Assembly: GCA_965204725.1 (NCBI GenBank)
Contig: OZ242005.1
Coordinates: 3,424,001-3,488,000 of the forward strand
DNA: 64,000 nt
Origin: Candidatus Latescibacterota bacterium
GTDB taxonomy: Bacteria > Latescibacterota > UBA2968 > UBA8231
Direction: 5' to 3'
In this document: piece by piece, positions 1 to 10,457 of the stretch
How positions within the stretch are numbered: position 1 is the stretch's first letter
Layout: every line of letters starts with the position of its first letter
Notes under the pieces: model-generated
Told to the model about the DNA's origin: nothing
Database searches by the model: none
Seen by the model: only the letters and a program-made list of their open reading frames with translations
Position numbers and translations under genes: made by a program

Positions 1-1317
1 GAAAATCTCCAACGCATCAAAGCCCACGTCCGTCTCGTTTATGTCGGCGCGGATGTCGTAGGCAAAGGTCGAGAGGGCGCCGGCCGGCACTCGGGGCTTG
101 TTGCCCGAGGGGCGGGGGGTTTCCAGCGTGGAGATTTCCCCTATTAGTTGCTGGGCCAACGGCGGGATGGAGTGCTCGACCACCAGCGAGTTGACCCGGA
201 TGCCGTCGAGGATGGAGTGGCTGGTCAGGACGATTTCGAGTTGGAAGAAACGGCGCGGGCTCGGCAGCTCAATCCGCTGGCCGGACTCGGCGAAGGGGGG
301 CGACCACTCGCTCCAGTTGACTTGGTCGTCTTCAACCGGGCCGCGCACGTTCAGGCCCAGCCGACCGTAGTCGCCTTCCGAGACTTCCCGCACATCGCCG
401 GTGAAAACATTGACGATCTCGTAGAAGACCTGTGGGGTATCGTCGCGGCCCGTGCGCATGCGAATGGAGACCTCGGCATCGGCCCTAGGCTCGACGTCGA
501 TGCGGCCCTCCTCTTGGCGCAAGCCCTCGGCTGTCCACAATAGGCGGCTGAAGTTGGCCACCTCGCCCAAGTCGATGATCTTGGACCGATAGCGGCCCTC
601 CGGGGGAAAGCCCGCTCCGTACACCTCAAACTCGGCTATCTCAAAGGGGTTGGTCGAAGTGACGTTGAGCTGGATGTAGCGGACGAATTGCAATGGGAAG
701 GGAATGTGCGCCACGCTTTCCGTGGTGAAATCCACTTGGGTCAGCAGGTTGTACACCGGCAGGTTTTCCGGCGTGAAGCGCACGCCATCGCTGACCTGAA
801 TTTTGTAGCCGCGGATGAAGTCGTCGGCAAAGGGCCGCCCGCGGCTGTCAGCCCCGGCTGGGCGCGGGAAAAACGAGATGCGGTTGATCGGAAAGCGCGT
901 CCCCAAGTCGAAAAAAAAGGCCCGGCCCGCTTGCAGCACCCCAAATTCCTTGAAGCGATTTTCGCTGGAGGTCTGCGCGTCGCCATCGACGAGCGGGGCA
1001 TTCGTCTGCTTGAAGGGCACGTTGTCCCACACCCGCGCCTCGGCCACCTCTGCGACGAAATCCAAGGGAAAACCCTCGGTCCACCGTAGCTGCCGGACGA
1101 TGTTGTCGTTGGGATTGAACCCGACCAATTGAATGGCCCCGGCCGCGTCGAAGCTGATGGCCGTGGAGTTTAGCTCGTCGTCCCTCCAAGCCCGGCCCGC
1201 GCCCCCCAATTCCCACGGCCGCACCTCGCCCGCCGCGGCCGCGGCCAACCACGCGACTCCAACGAGCGCCCTAGCAGTAGCAGCACAAAACAGCGATTTG
1301 AACGCGGACAAAAGCAA
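1..1317 (-). CDS. Secreted protein, paralogue of 7853..9919; runs off the left edge of the window
   Basis: Not in the ORF track. I translated both ends by hand: TTG start after AGAGGGG gives MLLSAFKSLF...RPWELGGAG...LVDGD...FFFDLGTRFPINRISFFPR, and the window edge reads FAYDIRADINETDVGFDALEIF in the same frame. These blocks match WQLGGQG, FVDGD, IDLG...FVFFP and FTYDLG...VGCDAVRV of the 688-aa ORF. Confidence 0.85.
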   Translation of the reverse strand, partial: MLLSAFKSLFCAATARALVGVAWLAAAAAGEVRPWELGGAGRAWRDDELNSTAISFDAAGAIQLVGFNPNDNIVRQLRWTEGFPLDFVAEVAEARVWDNVPFKQTNAPLVDGDAQTSSENRFKEFGVLQAGRAFFFDLGTRFPINRISFFPRPAGADSRGRPFADDFIRGYKIQVSDGVRFTPENLPVYNLLTQVDFTTESVAHIPFPLQFVRYIQLNVTSTNPFEIAEFEVYGAGFPPEGRYRSKIIDLGEVANFSRLLWTAEGLRQEEGRIDVEPRADAEVSIRMRTGRDDTPQVFYEIVNVFTGDVREVSEGDYGRLGLNVRGPVEDDQVNWSEWSPPFAESGQRIELPSPRRFFQLEIVLTSHSILDGIRVNSLVVEHSIPPLAQQLIGEISTLETPRPSGNKPRVPAGALSTFAYDIRADINETDVGFDALEIF

Positions 1318-1362
1318 TTCCCCCTCTTTATGGCGAAATATAGCCCGTTCTCACCCAGCCCT

Positions 1363-3303
1363 TCAACCCCAGAAAATCACGTTGCCGACCATGCCTGTGT
1401 AGTGATCGACGAACAGAAAAAGGCCCCCCGGCACGATGTGCCCGGCGATCATGCCCATGAAAAAGGGGCGCGTCCGGCGGTAGAGGGCCACCCCGCCGTA
1501 GCGCAGCACCGACACCTTAATCAGCCAAGCCAAGAACATGTCAAACCAAAGGTGATCCATAATCACGGTCGGGCCGATGGGGTAGCCGAGGGGATGGAGG
1601 GGCCACCAGACATAGTACCAGCGCGCCAGCATCAAGAGCAGCATCACGCCGGCCCCAATCCCGGTGTTGATCCAACCCCCTAAATGCGGCTCGCTCGGTG
1701 TGCGAATCAAGCCGGCCGCGTAGTCGTAAAACCCGTGCTTCCCCCCGGGTATTTTCAGGTTGAGTGCCCCGTAGGAATAGCCCAGTTCCATAACCACCCA
1801 CATCGACGAAACCATCCCGATGGCCATGGCCAAGAGCATCGTCCAGAACAGCGGGCGTTTGGAACCGCCGAAGCCCTCGCCCAATTTGAGGCTGTTGGCG
1901 GCCGAAGTCATGGCGAAACTGCGCCCCGTAGTCCAGAAATAGGTCGTCGCCAGCACGACTAAGCCCTGCGCCCCGATGGCCGAAGAGCCGAGGGCGGAGA
2001 CGACGATGGCGGCCGAGCCGACCGGGACCGAACCGTCCGAAAGCCCCCCTTCGGCAATCAGGCGGGTAAAACCCACAAAGAGCGCGGCCGCGGTAAAGAG
2101 AAAGGCTAGGGCAATCCAGACGGGCAGGCCCGCCAGCGCGAGCCACGCGACAATCACCGCGCTGCTGCCCAGCAGAACGAGCACGGCCGTCCGGTAGGAG
2201 AGGATTTCGCCGGAGTCATCCACCTTGGGATCTCCCCACACGGCCTTGCACCACACCGCCCGCAGGTGCTTGCGAGCCGCGAACAGGCCAAACAGAAACA
2301 GGACCAGCATGCCGCCCATCGACTGGTGGACGAGGATCGGGTCGATGATCGAGTGCCCGCCCCCCAGCATCTCCGAGCTGGTGACGCCGAGGACGGCAAA
2401 CGCGGTGCGCAAGGCGTTGGCGAAGAGGTTAAAAAACCACAGGCTGAAGGCGATTTCGGTCTTGAGAAAATAGAAGAAGCCGAGGATGTTGAAGCGGAAC
2501 TTGAATTGCAGTTCGGACAGATTGTCGAAGATGGGCAGAATGAAGTGAATGGGATCTACATTGGTGGCGATGGGCACGGTCTCTGGAAAGTAGTTGTGCA
2601 GCCCGTGCAGCGTGCCCCAGACGGCCGGCACGGCAAAGCCTACCCACATCACCGGGTTTTTGAAGAAGGGGGCCATGCGTTCCCCCCCGGCGTCCTGTTC
2701 GGTGAGGGCCATGGGCACTTGCACCAGCGGATAGGTCAGCCGCTCGTGGTCGTTCCACTGCTTGCGCAAAATCGCCATCGCGGCAATCATCGCCAAAAAC
2801 AAGGCCCACACCAGCGGAGCCCAGCGCAGGAAAATCGGCAGCCAGCCAGCCCACGGAGTGGACCGGCCCTGCTCCAAGCCCTCGTAAAAAGGACCCATAA
2901 CCGCTAGGTCACGCGGCTCCAGCCAGTCCGCTAGGTGGGGCTGGATGAGGGTGTGCCAGTCGTTTTCCGGCGTGGCAAAGTAAAAGGGGGTGAGAATCGT
3001 GCCGATGAACCGGCCGGCAAAAAACACCGGCAGGGGCGAGGCCATGACCATCATTATATAAATGAGTAGGAGCTCGCCGCGGTTCAGCCCGGCCCGAGGG
3101 TGGATCCACTTGAGCAGCGGGTTGACCAAGCCGGCGAGGAAGAAGAGCAAGAACAGGGCACCGACCGTGCTGGTCCCCAGCGTCATGTACGAGCCGCGCA
3201 GATAGAAGACGCCGTAGGAGTCGCCGGCAGCCACGAAAAACGTAAACAGGCAGCCGAGAAGCAGGGCCTTGGGCGTGAAGGCTCCGGCCGCTGGGGGGCG
3301 CAA
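1363..3303 (-). CDS. Polytopic membrane protein, DUF6785/DUF6784-like (putative transporter)
   Basis: 646 aa with many TM segments; motifs LRKQWNDHERLTYPL, WWPLHPLGY and YGG..LYRRTRPFF.G. Confidence 0.75.
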   Translation of the reverse strand: MRPPAAGAFTPKALLLGCLFTFFVAAGDSYGVFYLRGSYMTLGTSTVGALFLLFFLAGLVNPLLKWIHPRAGLNRGELLLIYIMMVMASPLPVFFAGRFIGTILTPFYFATPENDWHTLIQPHLADWLEPRDLAVMGPFYEGLEQGRSTPWAGWLPIFLRWAPLVWALFLAMIAAMAILRKQWNDHERLTYPLVQVPMALTEQDAGGERMAPFFKNPVMWVGFAVPAVWGTLHGLHNYFPETVPIATNVDPIHFILPIFDNLSELQFKFRFNILGFFYFLKTEIAFSLWFFNLFANALRTAFAVLGVTSSEMLGGGHSIIDPILVHQSMGGMLVLFLFGLFAARKHLRAVWCKAVWGDPKVDDSGEILSYRTAVLVLLGSSAVIVAWLALAGLPVWIALAFLFTAAALFVGFTRLIAEGGLSDGSVPVGSAAIVVSALGSSAIGAQGLVVLATTYFWTTGRSFAMTSAANSLKLGEGFGGSKRPLFWTMLLAMAIGMVSSMWVVMELGYSYGALNLKIPGGKHGFYDYAAGLIRTPSEPHLGGWINTGIGAGVMLLLMLARWYYVWWPLHPLGYPIGPTVIMDHLWFDMFLAWLIKVSVLRYGGVALYRRTRPFFMGMIAGHIVPGGLFLFVDHYTGMVGNVIFWG

Positions 3304-3306
3304 GGA

Positions 3307-5946
3307 CTACACCCCGCCAGTGGCGGCGAAGATGCGGACGAAGACGACCGATTGCTTCTGGGTCTGCTCGGCGAAGAACTGGCGCTCTAGCAGGAAGCCG
3401 GCGTTCATGGTCAGCTCGTACCCTTGATAGGACGACACATTCGTCAGCAGGGCCGAAAAGACCAAGCTGCGGAAGTCATCGACATAGCTCGGCGACGCCT
3501 CGGCTGGACGCTCAATTAGGTTCTCAAAGAGGCTGAATTCAACGCCAAAGTCCAAGTGCGTCTTAGGCAGGAGCAAGTACTGGCCGATGAAGAAGAAGCT
3601 CTCGGTCAGTTCGTCGGCCGGCAAGTCAACCAACGCGGTGGGGGTTTCTCGCAGGTACATGCTTTTCCACTTGGGGTAGAAAGCGAGTTGGTCGCTGGGG
3701 CGGATGGCGTAATCGGCCTTGTTGATCAGGCCCAAGAACGAGCGGTCGCGCTTTAGGCGGGCCTGCTCCCCGAGTTGGTTGAAGTGCTCGTACTTTAGCT
3801 TGGCCTCGACGTTCAGGTTGGGGATGCGAAAGTAGCGGGCCTGCAAGTACAGCGCGTTGACAAAGGTGTCTTGGTTGTCGAGCGGATCGTCAAAATCCGT
3901 CAGGCCGACGGGATCGCGCCAGACGATGCGGTCTTCGGGCAAGGTGTCGGCCACGAGTTTGGCGTGTTCAAAAAGGGCTAGGTCCAGCCCGGGATAGGAT
4001 TTTTCCACGGTCAGCAGCCCGTAGAACGAGCGGCTCGCGCGGTCGCTGCTCAACTGGTGCTCGGCGAGCCGGCCGACGGTCAGCCGAGTGCTCTCGGTGA
4101 TTTTTAATCCCCCGTACGCGTTGTAGCCGCGGTGGTCGCGCTCGTAGGGATAGTCGGGCAGGCGGTCGTCCTCAAAGCGGTCGATGATCGTGTTGTTGTT
4201 CATGTCCATGCCAAAGAGGAACTCCGGCGGATCGACCTGATAGCGGAGGAAAGGCTCGACGTAATCCGGGCGGCTGTTCTGGTTTTGGTTGAAGTCGGAG
4301 ATAAAGTCGTTGTTCTCGTCCAGCCCGGGGAAAATCTCCGTGTCGCGGCCCAGCGAGCCGCCCTGCCCTCCAAATCCTTGGCTCTGGCGATAGCGCTGCC
4401 AGTCGGTGAAGCGGTCTTGGTCGTCGTTGTCATCGACAAACTCAAAGAGGTTTTGGGTCTCGCTGGCGTAGTCAATGACCCCGCCCGGGTCGGCGATAAA
4501 GGCCGTGGTGCTGTAATCGGGATCTATGGAGAACACCTCGCCGTATGCAAAGAAGGGGTAGCGCTGGTACGAGGCCGTGACGTACCCGGCTTCGGCCGTT
4601 TCCTTGTAGGCCAGCAGCTTGCGAAAGTTCTGGTTGGGGAAGCGGCGAAAGCGCCGATTGACCGCCCATTCGGCCCGCAAGTCGAAGTGGGCGAGGTTGA
4701 TCAGCTCTAAATCCATGCCCACCACCTCGTGCCCGGTCGGCAGGCCGTAGGCAAAGCGCACAAAGGTCTGATTGGAGCCATCGGTGATCTCGTCGCGGGC
4801 TTGGGCCACCGGCAAGAAGACCTGCTCGCCCCGGGCGTTGGTCTGGAGATTGGAGGCGATCTCTATGCGGTAGTCGTTGGACACCACCAGCTCGAATTCG
4901 AGCTTCTGGGCCTCGCGGAAGGTGCCCACTTTTTCGGTTGGGCTAAAATCGTTGCGAATGTCGTAGATAAGCTCAATTACGTCCGAGCCGCTCACCTCCA
5001 AAATGCCCTCGCGCCGCACGCCGCCGCGCACCAAGGGCACGATTTCCGGGTGCAGCTCGCCATCGATGATCACCTGATCGACGAAAAACGAGGCCCCGGT
5101 TTGCTCGGATTCGGGCGAATCGTCCACGATGCGGATGATGACCCGCTCGACATTGCCCGTGTTTTGGGGGCCGGTCAGCAGGCCCTTGAGCGAGTTGTCC
5201 CCGAGGCTTAGCTCGCTGCTGGTATTGGACACGTTGACCCACGTCAGGCCCAGCTTGGCGAAATCGCCCACTTGGGCCACGCCCCGCGCCCCGAGCAGGC
5301 GGGTCGTGTTTTCGAGTGCCGAAGACCCGGCCGCCTCGTTGAGCGCGGTAAATCCCGGCGCGTTGAGCCGCGAGCCGAGGAGGGTCAGGGCGTACTTGTC
5401 GGCGAGAAAATCCCACTGCAACCCATTGAACGTGGGCTTGGAAAAGGTCAGGGGCGTGAGCGTCGTGCGAATGGCGTCGCCCACGGTCAGGGAGGTGTGG
5501 AATTGGCCGTGGCTGGCCGACGAGATGACGAGGCTGTCGAACCACCGCCCAAAGCGGGTTCCCTTTAGGAGGGCGCTGCCTTGGCGCAGGGGGCTGGTTT
5601 CGGTCCAGTCGTAGATGACCCAGCCGCGGTTGATATACTGGCCGAAGAGGTTGTAGTTGCGGGTGCCTTCGAGCAGGATATTCACGTAGCGCTCGTAGTT
5701 GTCGCGCGCGTAGTTGCTGTATTCCCAGCCGCGCCACTGGTATTCGTAGTACAGGTTCTGCGGCAAGTACCACTTGCGCCGATTGGGCGCCAAGGCCCCG
5801 GGATGGATGCGCACCCCGCGAATCCCCGGTTGCTCAACCGGGCGAAAGCCGGTAGATAGCTGGGCAAGAGCCGTGGATTCTGAGAGTACAAACGCGCACC
5901 ACAACAGCAAGATCGACCCTCTGCGGTAAAGGGTTGTAAGCCTCAT
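3307..5946 (-). CDS. Large secreted or outer-membrane protein with acidic Ca-binding-like repeats
   Basis: ATG 5946 is preceded by AGGAG; signal peptide; DDNDDQD, DENNDFISD and DMNNNTIID motifs; alternating beta-strand pattern at the C-terminus. Confidence 0.75.
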   Translation of the reverse strand: MRLTTLYRRGSILLLWCAFVLSESTALAQLSTGFRPVEQPGIRGVRIHPGALAPNRRKWYLPQNLYYEYQWRGWEYSNYARDNYERYVNILLEGTRNYNLFGQYINRGWVIYDWTETSPLRQGSALLKGTRFGRWFDSLVISSASHGQFHTSLTVGDAIRTTLTPLTFSKPTFNGLQWDFLADKYALTLLGSRLNAPGFTALNEAAGSSALENTTRLLGARGVAQVGDFAKLGLTWVNVSNTSSELSLGDNSLKGLLTGPQNTGNVERVIIRIVDDSPESEQTGASFFVDQVIIDGELHPEIVPLVRGGVRREGILEVSGSDVIELIYDIRNDFSPTEKVGTFREAQKLEFELVVSNDYRIEIASNLQTNARGEQVFLPVAQARDEITDGSNQTFVRFAYGLPTGHEVVGMDLELINLAHFDLRAEWAVNRRFRRFPNQNFRKLLAYKETAEAGYVTASYQRYPFFAYGEVFSIDPDYSTTAFIADPGGVIDYASETQNLFEFVDDNDDQDRFTDWQRYRQSQGFGGQGGSLGRDTEIFPGLDENNDFISDFNQNQNSRPDYVEPFLRYQVDPPEFLFGMDMNNNTIIDRFEDDRLPDYPYERDHRGYNAYGGLKITESTRLTVGRLAEHQLSSDRASRSFYGLLTVEKSYPGLDLALFEHAKLVADTLPEDRIVWRDPVGLTDFDDPLDNQDTFVNALYLQARYFRIPNLNVEAKLKYEHFNQLGEQARLKRDRSFLGLINKADYAIRPSDQLAFYPKWKSMYLRETPTALVDLPADELTESFFFIGQYLLLPKTHLDFGVEFSLFENLIERPAEASPSYVDDFRSLVFSALLTNVSSYQGYELTMNAGFLLERQFFAEQTQKQSVVFVRIFAATGGV

Positions 5947-6058
5947 GATCCATCTCCTAATGAGGGAAAGCCCGTCTAGACCTGCGAGCGCTGACAATAT
6001 ACGCCCCGTTCCCACTGCCTACCAAGTCAGTAGCCTATTTCGCCTGTTTGGGTTTTTT

Positions 6059-6067
6059 TGTTATAAT
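6059..6067 (+). promoter_or_regulatory. Extended -10 promoter candidate
   Basis: TG-T-TATAAT in the divergent intergenic region upstream of 6186. Confidence 0.5.
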
Positions 6068-6185
6068 GTAAAATCACTTGGCAGTATCACTTATCCGAAA
6101 GGAGGTTGTGTAGCGTGCTAAACAGCAATTCTCGCATTCCCTTTTTTACTTCATCTCATCTCTTCCAATCAAGGAGCGTAGCATA

Positions 6186-7097
6186 ATGAGAAAGTTCGGC
6201 TTTTTCGCCTTGTCTTGCGGGCTGGCGTGCCTGCTGAGCACGGCCGCTTTTGCCCACGTGGGCGTGACCGTGTTCTATCCCCAAGTGCCCGACCCGGCGG
6301 CCATTACCATCGACGGCAACGACGATGACTGGGGTTGGTACGACCCGGCCCTCGCCCTCAATCAGCCCGATTTCTTCGACCGGGCCAGCGATTTCGTCGA
6401 GTTGTCGGACTACGATTTCACCATCCTCAACGGTTGGTCCGCGCCGCCGGACAACAAGTGGTACGGCTTTGCGCGCTTTGTCGATGACACCCTCAAGTAC
6501 GATTCGCCCGTCAAGGAGTGGTGGAAAGACGACTGCTTGCAGATAACCGTGGACGCCGATCATCTCGGCGGCAATATCCTCGGTTCCGACCTCGAGCAGA
6601 TCGCCAATGGCCAGCGCTGGCACGTGCGCATCTTCCCGCCCGCCGGCGAGTCCCTGCTGCCCAATCAAACTCCCTTCTTCTACAGCCAGCTAGAGTTCAT
6701 CGACTCCGAAGAGCTCCTCTGGGGAGTGGAGCCGGAGTTTTTCGAGGCCGCGTGGACCGTCCTGCCAGCCGGCGCCGAAAACCTGACGGTTGGCCCGGTC
6801 ACGTACACCTATGAGTGGCGGGGTGCCCTGTGGGACATCTGGGGCCTGAGCGAGAGCGAGAGTGTGCGGCACGTGTTCGCCGAGGACGACGTGATTCACC
6901 TCGGCTACCGCCCGCTTGACGCCGACCGCCCCGGCGGTGGACGCAAGCATTCCATGTACATCAACGACGGCAGCCAGTCGCAGGACGTCGACGCTTCGCA
7001 GATGCCCGACTTCTGGGCACTGGCGGCCCCCGAGACGAGCGTGGAAAACGAGACTTGGGGCCACATCAAAAACAGCATGTCCCAACGCCTCAAGTAG
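6186..7097 (+). CDS. Secreted CBM9/DOMON-like sugar-binding protein with C-terminal TWGHIK motif
   Basis: AAGGAG RBS; signal peptide ending AFA; ITIDGNDDDW, V-D-D, W..DDCLQITVDAD and YTYEW pattern; ends TSVENETWGHIK. Confidence 0.7.
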   Translation: MRKFGFFALSCGLACLLSTAAFAHVGVTVFYPQVPDPAAITIDGNDDDWGWYDPALALNQPDFFDRASDFVELSDYDFTILNGWSAPPDNKWYGFARFVDDTLKYDSPVKEWWKDDCLQITVDADHLGGNILGSDLEQIANGQRWHVRIFPPAGESLLPNQTPFFYSQLEFIDSEELLWGVEPEFFEAAWTVLPAGAENLTVGPVTYTYEWRGALWDIWGLSESESVRHVFAEDDVIHLGYRPLDADRPGGGRKHSMYINDGSQSQDVDASQMPDFWALAAPETSVENETWGHIKNSMSQRLK

Positions 7098-7114
7098 GAG
7101 TTCGCGGCGCAACC

Positions 7115-7157
7115 ACGAGGGAGGGGGGCAGCAGCCCTTCTCCCTCGTTTCATTTTC
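7115..7157 (+). terminator. Intrinsic terminator candidate
   Basis: ACGAGGGAGGGG...CCCTTCTCCCTCGT hairpin followed by a T-rich tract, right after the 6186 gene. Confidence 0.6.
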
Positions 7158-7183
7158 TATGAATTTGCTCAAGGAACAGGAAC

Positions 7184-7828
7184 ATGGCTGAAGAGAATGT
7201 CCGCACCGAGGTCGCCCAAGTGCGAGGCGAGATGCGCGAGAAGTCTGCTCAAGCCGATGCGAAATTTGCCGAGATGAACGGCCAGATGCGCGAGGGCTTT
7301 GCTCGCGTCGATAAAGAGGTCGCGCAGGTACGAGGCGAGATAGAGACCGGATTTGCCCAAGTGCGAGGCGAAATGGACGCCGGATTTGCCCGCGTCGATA
7401 AGGAATTTGCCCAAGTGCGAGGCGAAATGGAAACCGGGTTTGCCCGCGTCGATAAAGAGGTCGCGCAGGTACGAGGCGAGATGGAAACCGGATTTGCCCG
7501 CGTCGATAAAGAAATTGCCCAAGTGCGAGGCGAAATGGAAACCGGATTTGCCCAAGTGCGAGGCGAAATGGAAACCGGATTTGCCCAGGTACGAGGCGAG
7601 ATGGAAACCGGATTTGCCCGCGTCGATAAAGAAATTGCCCAAGTGCGAGGCGAAATGGAAACCGGGTTTGCCCAAGTGCGAGGCGAAATGAGAGAGGGAT
7701 TCTCGCAAATGCGGAGCGATATGGAGAAATCGATCAAGACCTTGCTCTATGCGATACTCAGCACTGGCGGCATTCTCGTCATTGGGATGATCACCGCGCT
7801 CATCAAATTCTGGTTCACCACGCCATAG
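7184..7828 (+). CDS. Membrane-anchored coiled-coil repeat protein (CCDC90/DUF1640-like)
   Basis: AQVRGEMETGF and ARVDKE[VIF] repeats followed by a single C-terminal TM helix. Confidence 0.75.
   Translation: MAEENVRTEVAQVRGEMREKSAQADAKFAEMNGQMREGFARVDKEVAQVRGEIETGFAQVRGEMDAGFARVDKEFAQVRGEMETGFARVDKEVAQVRGEMETGFARVDKEIAQVRGEMETGFAQVRGEMETGFAQVRGEMETGFARVDKEIAQVRGEMETGFAQVRGEMREGFSQMRSDMEKSIKTLLYAILSTGGILVIGMITALIKFWFTTP
7301..7702 (+). repeat. Intragenic mosaic tandem repeat of 33-nt and 21-nt units
   Basis: Nine 33-nt units (A) and five 21-nt units (B) in the order BAABABABAAABAA. Confidence 0.9.
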
Positions 7829-7852
7829 GCGGCCACCGTTCCGGCAGCCTCA

Positions 7853-9919
7853 ATGAAGACGACGAAACCTTCACCGGAACCTTCGCCTCGGAGAAGGCTG
7901 CTCCTTAGGTGGGTGCGATGGGCACTGTTGGCTTGCGTCGCGCTGATGTGCAGCCCTGGGGCGGCGCAAGAGTGGTGGCAGCTCGGCGGGCAGGGCGGCG
8001 TCTCGCCGGTAGATGTGGCGGATTTCAGCCTGATGATAGACGATGCAGCCGCTTCCCAAGTGCTCCAGCCTTTCGAGCTCGACCCGCATGAAAACATCTT
8101 GCCGCAACTCGGCCCTTGGCAGCGCTGGCGCTTTCCCACCGACCCGCAATTCCGCCCCGGCCATCCGCGCTTCTGGACGGACATCAACCACAACACCCTA
8201 TACAAGGCCACGGAAATTTTTCTCTTCGTCGATGGCGACTCAACCACGTACGTGGAGCGGCGAGATGAGCAGGAGATTTTCTATACCATAGACCTGGGTA
8301 TCCAAGTGCCGGTAGAGCGCTTTGTCTTTTTCCCTCCCCAAGGCGTCAGCCCCGAAAGCGACGAGCCTTTCAGACCCAATTACATCCTCAAGTCCTATAG
8401 TCTGACGGCCGCCAAAGCCGAGACCGGCATCCTGCAAGAGGAGACAGAGCGCGGGTTTGTCTGGCGAGGCGACGGGCCGTGCTGTCCGCTGGCCATCCCC
8501 CTCGCCTACGAAGAGCGCAACACCGACGCGGTGACCGCAATCGCTTTTCCCACCCAATACCTCCGCTTTTTCCGCCTAATCGCCATCCCCGACGGCTTTA
8601 CCCTATACGGCGACCCCATCGTCACGCGCTCAGCCTTTGCCGAGATGGAAATCTACGGCCGGGGGTTCGCCCCGCAGGCGATCTATGAGTCGCAGATCAT
8701 AGATTTGGGGCGGGAGGTCAATTTTGGGCAGGTGCGCTTGGGGGTGAGCAAATGGCGCAAGGACGGGGAGCAACTGCTGCCGTCCAACGGGCCAGCCCGC
8801 GCCCAAGTGGAAATCCGCACGGGGCGCGACGACAGCCCAACGGCTTATTTCGGCTTTGACGATCTGGGCGCCCATGTAGAGGTGACCAAGAAGCAGTGGG
8901 ACCGGCTGATACCCCTAGAGACGCGCGGCGCGACCATAGCGGTCGGCTATCGCGGTCCGGTGGCCGAAGACCTGCAAAACTGGAGCTTTTGGTCGCTGCC
9001 GCTAGAGGGCTCGGGCCAGCACCCGCGCCTGCCGTGGGGTCGGTATTTCCAATTGCGCGTCCAGCTAGCAACGGACGCGCTGTGGGAATTTGCCCGCCTC
9101 GATTCCCTGCAAATCGAGATCGCGCCCCTGCTGGCTGACCGGGTTGTCGGCGAGGTCGTCCGTGCGGACCAACCCCATCCCCAAGGCGGGCAAGTGCGCG
9201 TCCCAGCGGGTGAGAAAACCTCGTTCACGTACGACCTAGGCGTAGAATTTGCCAGTGCGGACCGCGTCGGCTGCGACGCCGTGCGCGTCTCGGCACCGGC
9301 CGAAGCCACATTTCGCTATCTGGAGATGGGCGACCCGCTCAGCGCAATAGAGCCAGACAGCCTACTGCGCGAAGAAAGCGGCTTTGTCGTATTCTTGCCC
9401 CGCCCCTTACACCCAAGCGGCGACCAGCGGCTGCGCATCGGCGTCGAAGCCGTGCTGTACGGCGAGGCCGGCGAATTTGGCGGCGAGGTCTTTAACCGCC
9501 GCGAGCCGAGCTTGTTGCAGCGCGTCGAAGGAGGCGACGTCAGCGCGGCACTAGGCTCCAACCAGTTGCTCGTCGTGGCCTCTGCCACTTCCAAGAGTGG
9601 GGTACTGGGAGACATCGAGGCGGGTAGCGGCGCGTTTACTCCTCAAGGCGACGGCGTAAACGACCTGCTGCCCATACGATACACCCTCTTCCGGGTGCGG
9701 CAGTCGTCCCAAGTGCAAGTCGGCGTGTACGCCCTCGACGGGCGGGCGGTATGGCAGGCGCAGCCTAGCGTGCAGGGGGCAGGACGCCATGCGGTCTATT
9801 GGGATGGGCGCGATAGCACCGGCCAAAGAGTCCCTCCCGGCACCTATTTGGCGCGGGTGGAAGTAGAAACGGATAAGGGACGTGAGGTGCGGTTGCGGCC
9901 GGTGGCCGTGGCGTATTAA
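7853..9919 (+). CDS. Secreted protein with discoidin-like N-region and C-terminal FlgD-Ig domain
   Basis: Signal peptide; C-terminal FTPQGDGVND...VYALDGRAV...WDGRDSTGQRVPPGTYLARV. Confidence 0.8.
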   Translation: MKTTKPSPEPSPRRRLLLRWVRWALLACVALMCSPGAAQEWWQLGGQGGVSPVDVADFSLMIDDAAASQVLQPFELDPHENILPQLGPWQRWRFPTDPQFRPGHPRFWTDINHNTLYKATEIFLFVDGDSTTYVERRDEQEIFYTIDLGIQVPVERFVFFPPQGVSPESDEPFRPNYILKSYSLTAAKAETGILQEETERGFVWRGDGPCCPLAIPLAYEERNTDAVTAIAFPTQYLRFFRLIAIPDGFTLYGDPIVTRSAFAEMEIYGRGFAPQAIYESQIIDLGREVNFGQVRLGVSKWRKDGEQLLPSNGPARAQVEIRTGRDDSPTAYFGFDDLGAHVEVTKKQWDRLIPLETRGATIAVGYRGPVAEDLQNWSFWSLPLEGSGQHPRLPWGRYFQLRVQLATDALWEFARLDSLQIEIAPLLADRVVGEVVRADQPHPQGGQVRVPAGEKTSFTYDLGVEFASADRVGCDAVRVSAPAEATFRYLEMGDPLSAIEPDSLLREESGFVVFLPRPLHPSGDQRLRIGVEAVLYGEAGEFGGEVFNRREPSLLQRVEGGDVSAALGSNQLLVVASATSKSGVLGDIEAGSGAFTPQGDGVNDLLPIRYTLFRVRQSSQVQVGVYALDGRAVWQAQPSVQGAGRHAVYWDGRDSTGQRVPPGTYLARVEVETDKGREVRLRPVAVAY

Positions 9920-10031
9920 TTCAATGAGATTTTTTTAGAATAGGGGCGGTCTGATCCCAGATATAGTTAGTGAGACATTTCGCCATATGAGAAAACAACA
10001 TCAAATAGCCTAACATAGAAAGGAAATCGAC

Positions 10032-10454
10032 ATGCCAATACCACTATTTCTTGTCGGATTAGCTAAAACGGCAGCCATGACATTAGCCTCCTCTGCTGCT
10101 AACAAACTCGTAGAGGAACTTATGAATGAGCCATCTGATGAAGAAATCCAAGAGTTACTCGAAGAAACTAGGAGGCAACTCGAAGATGAACAGCGAAAAC
10201 GTAAAAAGCAAGTAATAGCAATAGGAGTGGTGTGTTTCCTCCTAGGAGGCTTAGTAGCCAGTTCAGGCACTTGGTACGCCCTTCAATCTAGTCAATCTAG
10301 TGAACAGATAATTGCACTTGAGGAACTCGAGAAGTACGAAAAGGCGCGGGATGCAGGTCTCCAAGCTCTAGAATATTATGTCATTCAAAATCCCAACAGT
10401 CCGTACATTTCCCAAGCAAAAGATTTAATTCGAGCTTATAAAGGTAAGGAGTAA
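10032..10454 (+). CDS. Hypothetical membrane-anchored protein (AT-rich islet)
   Basis: AAGGA RBS; coiled region, one TM helix and a TPR-like NPNSPYISQAK end. Confidence 0.7.
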   Translation: MPIPLFLVGLAKTAAMTLASSAANKLVEELMNEPSDEEIQELLEETRRQLEDEQRKRKKQVIAIGVVCFLLGGLVASSGTWYALQSSQSSEQIIALEELEKYEKARDAGLQALEYYVIQNPNSPYISQAKDLIRAYKGKE

Positions 10455-10457
10455 CTC

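Noticed and set aside
98-1252. Short ORFs here and the many antisense or shadow ORFs throughout the window
   Set aside because: They overlap well-supported genes and are expected in GC-rich DNA; this region is explained by the minus-strand CDS 1..1317.
7301-7702. Possible CRISPR array
   Set aside because: Units abut with no unique spacers, are multiples of 3 and lie in-frame in a protein; no cas genes in the window.
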